Shown one piece after another: positions 9,191 through 16,904 of a DNA stretch of 34,197 bases. Each line of letters starts with the position of its first letter. The stretch's first letter is position 1. The notes below the pieces were generated by a model. It did no database searches and was not told the origin of the DNA. It was given only the letters and a program-made list of their open reading frames with translations. This DNA is from a bacterium. Its GTDB lineage: Bacteria; Zhuqueibacterota; Zhuqueibacteria; Oceanimicrobiales; Oceanimicrobiaceae. The stretch lies in assembly GCA_046757025.1 (NCBI GenBank), contig JBHHXN010000045.1:1-34197 (forward strand), written 5' to 3'. Made by a program: the position numbers and the translations under genes.

Positions 9191-9502
9191 TCAAGCTTCT
9201 GTGCCATCGACGGTATTTTCCACCGCTACTGCAGTCGACTCCGCCGCTGCGGTCTGCTTTCGCAATTTTTTGTTGGCTTTTTTAGTTTGAAAGCTAACGT
9301 GACTGAACCAGCCGACCAGCCATCCCAAAAAAACCGAGGCCATGATCAACGCCAGCTTGGGCATGGTGATGGACCAGAACAATAAATTTAGTTGAACCGT
9401 CACCATGTTTTGCAGCAAGATAAATAAAAACAATGCGAGAACAATTAGAAATGCAATGGTTTTGGGTTTCATCTTTATTTTCCTTCCGTGAAAATAATAC
9501 AA
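9191..9502 (-). CDS. LapA (lipopolysaccharide assembly protein A) family small membrane protein
   Basis: Two TM helices around LLQNMVTVQLNLLFWSITMP, then FLGWLVG and a basic tail; start may be the second Met (MKPK). Confidence 0.82.
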   Translation of the reverse strand: MYYFHGRKIKMKPKTIAFLIVLALFLFILLQNMVTVQLNLLFWSITMPKLALIMASVFLGWLVGWFSHVSFQTKKANKKLRKQTAAAESTAVAVENTVDGTEA

Positions 9503-9610
9503 TTAATTGAATCGATTCAAAAAAAAATTCTCACACTTCGGCGATTTTGATGACTCCAAATTTATGAATTTGAAATTCAATTGCAATAATTAATTTGCGA
9601 TTTCTCGACT

Positions 9611-10390
9611 TTATGTCCACTCAATGGATTTGATTTCAGAAAAATTGTTGCCCACCTGGAGCTGAAAATAGTAATGATCCTTCGCCACCGGCAAGCCCTG
9701 GTCATTTTTTCCATCCCATTCAACCGTATATTCTCCCGCTGCTTCGTATTCCTTTTCGAATTGACGAACGATTTGATCAAGCTGATCATAAATTTTTATG
9801 ATCACTTTTTCAGGTTTCTTGAGCGTAAAATAAATACGGACTTTCGAGTTGGTTGGCGATTTGATCACCGTGAACGAATCCCGAGGATCGAGCACAACCT
9901 TGACGGGTTTATCATTCATCGTATGATTTCGCGCTTCCTGCACAGACAACCGCACGGATTCGCCATCGACTTCATGATGAAGCTTTTTTTCAATCAAAGA
10001 ACTGGATTCGATTTTACCGTTTTCAAAAAACACCAGCAAGGAACCTGAAAAATCTTCATCGTTCCAGCCCGATTGCATTTCAGCGGGAACAGCCATTTTG
10101 ATAAATTTTGAAATGAGTTCCGTGCGGCTTACCGGTGCCGGCTCAAAAGTGTTGTGCAAATGGACACCGGATTGAGATTCTCGCCACAGCGCCACGAATT
10201 CCTGGAAATCCACCTCGAGCTCTTTCAGGGCTTTGATCAACTGTGCGCGCTGATTAGTTAACACCTCGGCATTCAACGAGTTTTCGCCATCTACATAGAA
10301 ATTCGCCAACGCCAAAATTAACTTTAGCTTCTCGGTTATTTTTTTTGCCAATATCTGGCCTTCCTCTGAGAAATCTTGAAACTCAATCAT
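9611..10390 (-). CDS. Uncharacterised protein with helical N-terminus and C-terminal FlgD Ig-like domain; no signal peptide
   Basis: C-terminus IYFTLKKPEKVIIKIYDQLDQIVR...AGEYTVEWDGKNDQGLPVAKDHYYFQLQ matches the FlgD-Ig pattern; GGAGG ribosome-binding site upstream. Confidence 0.8.
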   Translation of the reverse strand: MIEFQDFSEEGQILAKKITEKLKLILALANFYVDGENSLNAEVLTNQRAQLIKALKELEVDFQEFVALWRESQSGVHLHNTFEPAPVSRTELISKFIKMAVPAEMQSGWNDEDFSGSLLVFFENGKIESSSLIEKKLHHEVDGESVRLSVQEARNHTMNDKPVKVVLDPRDSFTVIKSPTNSKVRIYFTLKKPEKVIIKIYDQLDQIVRQFEKEYEAAGEYTVEWDGKNDQGLPVAKDHYYFQLQVGNNFSEIKSIEWT

Positions 10391-10437
10391 GAGGGATCCT
10401 CCTTTGTTGTAAAATTAAGATTGCATGCATCCACCCA

Positions 10438-11001
10438 TTATTTGGAATTCCCTCTTCCTTGAAGCATAAAATCTTCAAATTCAACGCCGAGCGCATCCGC
10501 CAGGCGGTTGATATAATTAAAAAACCCTGTTATGTGCGTGATCTCCAAAATGTCCGCATCTGAGAAGCCCGTTCTTTTCAACGTTTCCACATCCTCCCTT
10601 CGAGTCGCGCTGGCGTTTAACGTAGTTTTTTCCACAAACTGCAGCATCCGCAAAGTGGGCTGGTCGATCTCTGCTTGGCGATAGTCGTTCTTAATTTGCT
10701 GAGCTAATCGGGCATTGCCGCTCACCTGACGCAGATCCTCTGCGTGTGCCTCAATTCAGTAGTGGCATTTATTCAACACCGAAACCACCACCGCTATCAT
10801 CTCCTTCTGCGGACGGCTCAACCCAGACGGCGTCTGCATCAATTTCAGATAGAGCTGCATGAACGTGCGTAAGATTTCCGGCCGCAGACTGGAAATCTTC
10901 ACGATGTTAAAAACCCGCCCCGTACGTTTCACCGCAGCATCGTATTGCTGTTTTAGGCTGCCCCGGGCGTCGTCCTCGGAAATGGTTTCGATCCAGGCCA
11001 T
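10438..11001 (-). CDS. AhpD/CMD-family peroxidase-related protein, predicted selenoprotein (CxxU; UGA at 10756-10758), 187 aa
   Basis: ORFs 10756-11001 and 10438-10725 are in one frame with only a TGA between them. Read-through gives LSRPQKEMIAVVVSVLNKCHY-U-IEAHAEDLRQVSGN...GFSDADILEI...FNYINRLADALG, a full AhpD-like sequence with U at the second Cys of CxxC. Confidence 0.9.
10723..10748 (-). promoter_or_regulatory. Candidate bacterial SECIS element for the AhpD-like gene
   Basis: mRNA CAC-ACGCAGA-GGA-UCUGCGU-CAG-GUG: perfect 7-bp stem whose G-starting loop begins 18 nt after the UGA, extendable by 3 bp across a CAG bulge. Confidence 0.7.
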
Positions 11002-11005
11002 CTTT

Positions 11006-11251
11006 TTAAATCACCTTCACATTTTGATCTTCGGGCAATATTTGAATGGTGTTGGCGTATTTACGAATGCGCTCGATATCTTCCTCTGTAAACAGCCGCC
11101 AACCCCTTAAATCTTTGTGTCTGACATCCCTAATTTTTTTCTCCTTTAACCACCGAAACCAGGTGGCTTTACTGATTCCGATGATACTCATCGCCTCGTT
11201 GGTGCGATAAAATTGCTTCCCTTCAATATTCACTGGCATAGTGGTCTCCAC
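11006..11251 (-). CDS. Small MerR/excisionase-like helix-turn-helix DNA-binding protein
   Basis: FYRTNEAMSIIGISKATWFRWLKEKKI...RGWRLFTEEDIERIR; no effector domain. Confidence 0.85.
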   Translation of the reverse strand: METTMPVNIEGKQFYRTNEAMSIIGISKATWFRWLKEKKIRDVRHKDLRGWRLFTEEDIERIRKYANTIQILPEDQNVKVI

Positions 11252-11268
11252 TTGTTTTAATTAGTATC

Positions 11269-11307
11269 AAGACGTCTTAAATATAGTACAATTTCCGAGA
11301 ATGTCAA
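11269..11307 (-). promoter_or_regulatory. Sigma70-type promoter with an adjacent perfect 10-bp palindrome (candidate operator)
   Basis: Minus strand TTGACA (11307-11302)-N16-TATATT (11285-11280), then AAGACGTCTT at 11269-11278. Confidence 0.6.
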
Positions 11308-11347
11308 TGATTTTTCAGGAGAGTTTGTCTGCGGTTGTGGCTACATG

Positions 11348-11503
11348 GTGTCTGAACGGAAATTCGAGAAATGCGCGCTTTAAGAACCTTTTCGCGAAGG
11401 TGTCTCTTCGACAAAAGCTCCGGACAGGCCCCGCCGAGGCAAGCAGGAATTCGCCCTCGGCCAGGAGGCCTTCGGGAAGATCGGGTCGTTTTCGTTCAGA
11501 CAC
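11348..11503. mobile_element. MITE-like element with 15-bp terminal inverted repeats
   Basis: gtgtctgaacggaaa (11348-11362) and ttttcgttcagacac (11489-11503) are inverted at 14/15, the same terminal family as 4915-5035; interior includes cttcgacaaaagctccggacagg and gccgagg...cctcggc. Confidence 0.7.
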
Positions 11504-11605
11504 TATATAGTCGTTAACAATTTTTTAACAAATCATTTCCCGTGCAGCCGTGTGCCCGGAGAGATTTGCCAAATCAAAATTGCTTTACAGCCGGTATCCA
11601 GCCCG

Positions 11606-11947
11606 TTATTTTTCTTCCTGCGTATAATCTTGTTCAGTGAAGGCGGTAGGCAATATATTGAACGGCAAAAACTTGATCAAGATGGGCAGCAGAATACTGC
11701 CGAAGGGCGCTAAAAAAATGGCCAGCGCGGGAATGGTTTTGCAAATATCCCAGAGCTGAGCTTTGACCGCTCTCTTTTCGGTCGCGGTCAACGATTTTCC
11801 GTTGCTCCATTTTAACATGAGTTGGTAAAGCTCACGAGTTTCACGAATTTCTCGCATGACTTTTCCACTGTTATCCAAAACGGCTTTTTTCATTCTCTGT
11901 GCAACGGTTTTGGAAAGCAATCTTTTTTGTTTGACACGGCGATACAT
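11606..11947 (-). CDS. Small LETM1-domain-like protein
   Basis: EIRETRELYQLM...LTATEKRAVKAQLWDICKTIPALAIFLAPFGSILLPILIKFLPFNILPTAF resembles the conserved LETM1 TM/proline segment; GAGG ribosome-binding site. Confidence 0.75.
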   Translation of the reverse strand: MYRRVKQKRLLSKTVAQRMKKAVLDNSGKVMREIRETRELYQLMLKWSNGKSLTATEKRAVKAQLWDICKTIPALAIFLAPFGSILLPILIKFLPFNILPTAFTEQDYTQEEK

Positions 11948-12009
11948 CTGTCCTCAAGTGGTTTAGATGCAATTATCAGAAAAATTGAACGTACTGAAAA
12001 CACGCAATC

Positions 12010-12468
12010 TCAAGGTTTTGCAATGTTGATGGTAACCACGTTCACTCCCGGATTGTTTTTGTCCACTCTAAAAACCAGATCCTCAAAACTACAGGACTGA
12101 ACCTGGAGATTAGAGTCTTTCACCGTGGAATTTGCAGACCACACCAGGGAGTGCTCACCCTCTTTGAGTGCTTTGGCTTTGATCGATAACATGTGTCCAT
12201 CTCCGCTTTTTTCCGGCGCGCCGCCTTCCTGGGAATAACCGATTAAGAGCGTGCCGACATTGTTTGTGGTGTTGATTGAAAGATTCGGGAAGACTTGTGC
12301 CCGCTCCCCCAGAAAATCCCCCATGATGATATCCGGTACCCCGTTGCTTTGAATAATTTCGATGGCATCCAGCGGAAAATTGAGCGACATGGCAAATCCG
12401 AAAACCTTTTGCGCCCGGGCGATGTTGATCTGTATCAGAAATTCCTCGTTCACTTTGATCAAATCCAT
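12010..12468 (-). CDS. Stand-alone cohesin-like domain protein (ATG 12468 with GGAGG; the frame is open back to GTG 12618)
   Basis: IKVNEEFLIQINIARAQKVFGFAMSLNFPLDAIEII...GDFLG...GTLLIGYS...SGDGHMLSIKAKALKEG...VKDSN follows the cohesin beta-sandwich pattern. Confidence 0.72.
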   Translation of the reverse strand: MDLIKVNEEFLIQINIARAQKVFGFAMSLNFPLDAIEIIQSNGVPDIIMGDFLGERAQVFPNLSINTTNNVGTLLIGYSQEGGAPEKSGDGHMLSIKAKALKEGEHSLVWSANSTVKDSNLQVQSCSFEDLVFRVDKNNPGVNVVTINIAKP

Positions 12469-12863
12469 GACTGCCTCCAGTTTAGTTATCCAACCTGATT
12501 TTAACCTGGCATGATTGATTACTCCTAAAATACGGACTTCATCGCAAGTGTAAGCCGCGACACGATTTCCTTCAAGAAGCGAAATTACTAAACTAATCGT
12601 TAAATAATATCGCTCCACACATGGCGGTGAAACGAATTGCGGAACAGGAAAAAACGACCGCGCATATTGTTGTTGAATTATCTATGTTTTACGTGCAAAG
12701 ACAGTGAAAAGAAGACGCTTTATTTTCTCAACTTGCAATATAATGTTGCAGAAGCCCTGATTCAGAGATCTAAAATGAAAAGCCGCTTTCCGAATCGCAA
12801 CAATTATCGACAAGAGATGGGGGCGCAAGCGAACACGGCTGTGCTGCTCCGTCAAATCAACAA

Positions 12864-13820
12864 TTAATTGGAGCTGGAACCCCACTGGCCACCGCACGAT
12901 GCACTTGCCTGCGCTTGATCCTGGTCATCGATTTTTCCGTCGCCGTTAAAATCGGCTTTTTGATTGAACCGGGGCTCGCCGCTAACCGAGTTCAAACTGG
13001 CACGAAACGCCAGCCAATCAGAAAGATCGATCACGCCGTTGCCATCGATATCACAATCGATGCTTCTTTCTGTGTACCCCGTGGATAGTGAATTTGATTT
13101 CTGCAGTTTAATCGTCACTTCATCCGAATATTCGCTCTCATTTCGATTAGAAGGCCCGTAAGCGCTCACGGTAAAATAGTAAGTCCAGCCAGTGGGCAGT
13201 GTAAGGATTTTTTCGGTGGTCATGCCCACGTCCTGGTGATGTGTATAATTGCGGGGCTGCACGCCATAATGAATGCGGTAGCCCTTCACAAAATCTTCGT
13301 TGTTCTCATCCCAGCTTATACGCACTGATTGCGAATCCTGCGTGACCGCATGAAAAACGACGTTTCGGATTCTTAAATTCAAATCCTGTTGTTTGCGGCG
13401 ATTTATGTAATCGTTGGTGAACACTAAATACACTACGGAATCGTTTACGGTTGGAGAGAATTGCCCCAAAGAGAGCTCGTACCAATCGGTTGAGGTCACG
13501 GTTTCCTCCACAAACAGGCGGCTGGAATCGTTGAATGCCACGCCAATTTTGGGCCAGCGATTGGCAGCCGTGTCTGCGCTCACTTCCACATCGATACGAA
13601 AGGAGGCAAAGTTTAATTTTGACAGCGGATAGGCCACCCAGGCATAACGCTGCGGCCCCATCCCCCAGAGCACCACATGATCGTCCACTACGGTGACGTT
13701 TCTTGAAAATCGCATTTTTGAGGCGTGGACCACGGTTTCCTGAAAAGCTGCAACGGGGGTTTGGACCATCCCACAATAAATGATCCCAAACACAATCAGT
13801 GAAAAATTTTTTACTCGCAT
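12864..13820 (-). CDS. Secreted protein: signal peptide, CBM60-like module, FN3, C-terminal dockerin (probable ATG 13820; ORF track starts at 13985)
   Basis: MRVKNFSLIVFGIIYCG...VAA signal; ADTAANRWP...VFTNDY...DLNLRI module; FN3 VRISWDEN...GYRIHYG...YYFTVSAY...ES; two Ca-binding loops DIDGNGVIDLSD and DFNGDGKIDDQD. GGAG ribosome-binding site upstream of 13820. Confidence 0.82.
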   Translation of the reverse strand: MRVKNFSLIVFGIIYCGMVQTPVAAFQETVVHASKMRFSRNVTVVDDHVVLWGMGPQRYAWVAYPLSKLNFASFRIDVEVSADTAANRWPKIGVAFNDSSRLFVEETVTSTDWYELSLGQFSPTVNDSVVYLVFTNDYINRRKQQDLNLRIRNVVFHAVTQDSQSVRISWDENNEDFVKGYRIHYGVQPRNYTHHQDVGMTTEKILTLPTGWTYYFTVSAYGPSNRNESEYSDEVTIKLQKSNSLSTGYTERSIDCDIDGNGVIDLSDWLAFRASLNSVSGEPRFNQKADFNGDGKIDDQDQAQASASCGGQWGSSSN

Positions 13821-14507
13821 GAGTATTCTCCCACAATTACCTGAATTTATTCTGTGCCTTAAAAAGTAAGATCTACCTACCACGTTAGTGTCTGAGTTTA
13901 CGCATTTTCTCTCAGGCGATCTTTTTTGTTTGGTCGAAGACCTCTCTGTAAAACCATCATCGGTGGGAATGCTGCATTGTAACAAGGGTTATTTTCACAA
14001 ATGTAGGTTGAAGATTACCGAAAATCAAAGTGGGCGGCCCAAACGGGTGTGTCTTAAAAGAGACCTGCCTGGCCAACATTTTTTAAAGCCAGAATCGTTT
14101 TGATTTAAGTCATGTAGAAACCCTCGTCATGAATATCTGATTTAGTAACAGACTGTACGGTAAGCAAAATACCAGATAGCCATAAATAAGTTGTAAAGTT
14201 TCCTGAGCTGGCTCGACGGTGGTCGTCTTAGTAAGCTCTCACTCAGTTATCTAATAGCAGCTCACAATGCGATGGGTTCTTCGAAAATCAAATTATTTTC
14301 ACAACGTGACCGGGATTACTCGGTGAAATCGTCCACATTTAATAGGTCGATGAAATTTTTCTCGGGTTAGTTCAGATTCTTTCCGTGCCAATCGTCAAAA
14401 TCGTTGCAAGGTAGTCAGGGAATGTTATTTAATAAAGTTAATAATTTGATGAAATGCAATAAAAATCTGTACCTGTTGATTTGAGGGGGTCTTTTCTAAA
14501 AAAAATA

Positions 14508-14970
14508 AGCCACGGATGGAGCCAGCGCAGCCAGGGGCCGTAATCATAATGTAAAACGAAGAGAACACCGAAGGCACAGAGGACCGCAAAGAAAAAAATA
14601 GTTAAAATAGTAACCATCAGTTTGGTCGTTTGGGTTGGTCATCATGTTTTTCGCTTTTTGAAACTAAAATCTCTGCGAACCTCTGCGCCCTTCGCGCATC
14701 ATCGTCAATTGCATTCACACTGTACAGATATTTTGCAGCCAGAATCCGCTCAAAAACTCAAGAAAAATGCCATTTCTCAAAAATACAATTCTCAAATAAA
14801 CGCAAATGACAATTCAATAATTCCAAAGAGACAGTTCCGCCTTGATTGTTCGTAAGAATTACCTTCACCGCAATGTTCGATTTTGTGATTTGATCCTTGA
14901 TATTTATTTGGAATTTGACCATTTGTAATTTGTGATTTATGGCTTTGCGGTGCTGTGTCAGTCCGTGGCT
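14508..14970. repeat. Nested composite of inverted REP-like repeats
   Basis: Outer agccacgga (14508-14516) / tccgtggct (14962-14970); inner gcacagagg/cgcaaag-type units near 14570-14590 facing ctctgcgaacctctgcg at 14671-14687; roughly 7-nt-period caaat/caatt units near 14775-14827 facing atttg units near 14880-14938. Confidence 0.6.
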
Positions 14971-15016
14971 AACAAATCCACTTCAGCCACATTTATCGAC
15001 ATGGAGCAAAAAAATC

Positions 15017-16522
15017 TCACTGTACCAGCAGCATTTTTCGTATTTGCACAAAATCACTTGCCTGCAATTTGTAGAAATATATGCCGCTGGCCACAGACTG
15101 TCCGTCATCGTTTTTACCGAACCAGGAGACCGTAAAATCTCCGGCGGCATGGGGTTTGTCATTTAAAAGCGTGCGCACTCTTTGACCCCGTAAATTGAAC
15201 ACTTCCATCCTGACCGTGTAAGATTGCGGCAGCGAATAAGCAATCCGCGTGTTCAGATTAAATGGATTGGGGTAATTTTGCGCCACAGAAAATTCCGGTT
15301 GCTCCGTCTGCAAAACAGCGCGTTCGGTTTTTTTCGAATAGCCGACGGCTTTTTTTGCACTCTTGATCGAAGAAGCCGGGCTTTCAAGATTCAACACAAT
15401 TTCAGCGGAAGGCAGGCTTTCGGCTTTGTACCGGGATTCGTAGGCCGTGACCACAAAATAATATCGGCTATTCACCGGCAGCTTGATGCGCAGCTCGGTT
15501 TTTAATCCGACATCGATGTGACGGGTGTAGTGGCCGCTGCGGGTGCCAAAATGTACCATGTATCCGCCCAAAAAAGACTCGGTGTTGGGATTCCAGCTTA
15601 CACGAACAAGTTTGGAATCCACCTGCACGGCTCTAAAAACCACTTTTTTGATGTACAAATTGATGTCGTGATTTTTCTCCGGGTTGAAATAATCGTTGAG
15701 CAGAAGAAAATAGATCAGCGAATTCCCCTGAGATTTTGAATACTGGCCTAAATGCAACTGGTGCCATTGGTTTGAACGCACCGCAATTTGCTTTTGCACT
15801 TGACTGGAATCGTGCAGCGCCACACCCAGAATCGGCCAGCGTCCATCTGCAGAATCCCCATGGACTTCGGCTTCGATTTCAAAGTGGTCAAACGGCACCT
15901 CCGCAAGCGGGTAGCCGGCCCAGGCGAATTTATTTTTGCCCATGCCCCAAATAGCGAGATGGTCGTCTTCCAGAGTCACCTTGTTTGAAAAACGCAGCTC
16001 TGAAAAGGCCACCTCTTTAACCTGATCATTGATTGTGTCCTCCTCTTTTGAAATAAATTTAATTCGCCGAATCTTCAGATTTAAATCCTGGTTCTTCTTC
16101 TTTCGATGGAAGTCGTTGGTAAATACGAAGTAGAGCAGCGAATCCTGACCGCCGGTTCGGTAGGTTCCCAGCTCAAGCCACTGCCAATCAAGCGAGTTCA
16201 CGGTTTTTTCAATTTGCAGATTGCTGGAATCATTTAAGGCTATTGCCACATTGGGCCATCGATTTGCCGCCGTATCTGCAGCGACCTCCACCGATACGGC
16301 GAATTTTGTAAACGCAATTGCCGAGAACGGATGAGAAATATGCGCGTAGCGATGCTTACCCAATCCCCAGATGACGACATGATCTTCAACCGCGGTGACG
16401 TTTCGGGAGAATTTCATTTTTGATGCCGGCACGATGATTTCGTCTTCTTGAAAAGCGCCTCCCTGCGCAAATGAACCTGCCAAATAAAAGAGCACGGGTA
16501 GTACAAGCTTTTTACACCACAT
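15017..16522 (-). CDS. Secreted protein: signal peptide, two CBM60-like modules, FN3, C-terminal T9SS-sorting-type/FlgD domain
   Basis: Two internal repeats (ADTAANRWP...FTNDF...DLNLKI and GDSADGRWP...LLNDY...DINLYI); FN3 VRVSWNPN...GYMVHFG...YYFVVTAY; tail FSVAQNYPNPFN...SGIYFYKLQASDFVQIRKMLLVQ. Clear paralogue of 12864-13820. Confidence 0.86.
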   Translation of the reverse strand: MWCKKLVLPVLFYLAGSFAQGGAFQEDEIIVPASKMKFSRNVTAVEDHVVIWGLGKHRYAHISHPFSAIAFTKFAVSVEVAADTAANRWPNVAIALNDSSNLQIEKTVNSLDWQWLELGTYRTGGQDSLLYFVFTNDFHRKKKNQDLNLKIRRIKFISKEEDTINDQVKEVAFSELRFSNKVTLEDDHLAIWGMGKNKFAWAGYPLAEVPFDHFEIEAEVHGDSADGRWPILGVALHDSSQVQKQIAVRSNQWHQLHLGQYSKSQGNSLIYFLLLNDYFNPEKNHDINLYIKKVVFRAVQVDSKLVRVSWNPNTESFLGGYMVHFGTRSGHYTRHIDVGLKTELRIKLPVNSRYYFVVTAYESRYKAESLPSAEIVLNLESPASSIKSAKKAVGYSKKTERAVLQTEQPEFSVAQNYPNPFNLNTRIAYSLPQSYTVRMEVFNLRGQRVRTLLNDKPHAAGDFTVSWFGKNDDGQSVASGIYFYKLQASDFVQIRKMLLVQ

Positions 16523-16736
16523 TTAAATCACCTCACATTTGCGCCTGAACAAACAGGCATAATAAATCCCTTTACCTTTATTTAATAGACACGAGAGCCT
16601 TTCGTAAACTCTCAATATTTTTTTCAAGAGAAAATGGAGTGCTAAAAATTCAGCAATTGATGGAGCAAAAAACGCGCATTCAGAAGTGACATAAACCGAT
16701 TCGAAGGAGGACAGCTCAACTGCGGTTTTTCAGTTT

Positions 16737-16757
16737 TCAGGAACCGCTGGTTCCTGA
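16737..16757. promoter_or_regulatory. Perfect 9-bp inverted repeat (operator or RNA hairpin)
   Basis: tcaggaacc-gct-ggttcctga, between the ABC permease stop and the start of the CBM/FN3 gene. Confidence 0.35.
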
Positions 16758-16904
16758 CAGACATCATGAAGAGTGGAAAGATCAATATGGCAGGTAAATG
16801 TGTTTTCAGAAATAGAAAGACCGGTAATAGTCAGAATCTATTGTTTTTAGTGAAAGAAAATTCCTCCTGCAATTAAAGTACAAAGAACGAAACGAATTGT
16901 TGGA

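Noticed and set aside
9191..9193. Read-through of other TGA stops such as the LapA-family gene
   Set aside because: The protein appears complete at the stop and the downstream frame closes after about 20 codons with no Cys-motif context.
3933..10758. UGA reassigned to Trp or Gly (genetic code 4/25) as the explanation for the two in-frame TGAs
   Set aside because: TGA is a normal terminator for several genes here (e.g. 29480, 17996, 32403 with ATGA coupling), and both internal TGAs sit at redox Cys positions.
11006..11251. Prophage or integrative-element excisionase
   Set aside because: No integrase, att-like repeat, tRNA or phage gene nearby; context fits a small chromosomal regulator.
11315..11503. 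62-aa ORF, and similar short intergenic ORFs at 6920-7135 and 14622-14855
   Set aside because: They lie within repeat elements or AT-rich intergenic DNA and show no protein-like motifs.
13821..14507. Riboswitch (e.g. c-di-GMP) in the long leader
   Set aside because: I could not find the conserved core motifs by eye on either strand; an Rfam scan would be needed.
14508..14970. CRISPR array
   Set aside because: Repeats are short, degenerate and inverted, with no constant repeat-spacer period and no cas genes.
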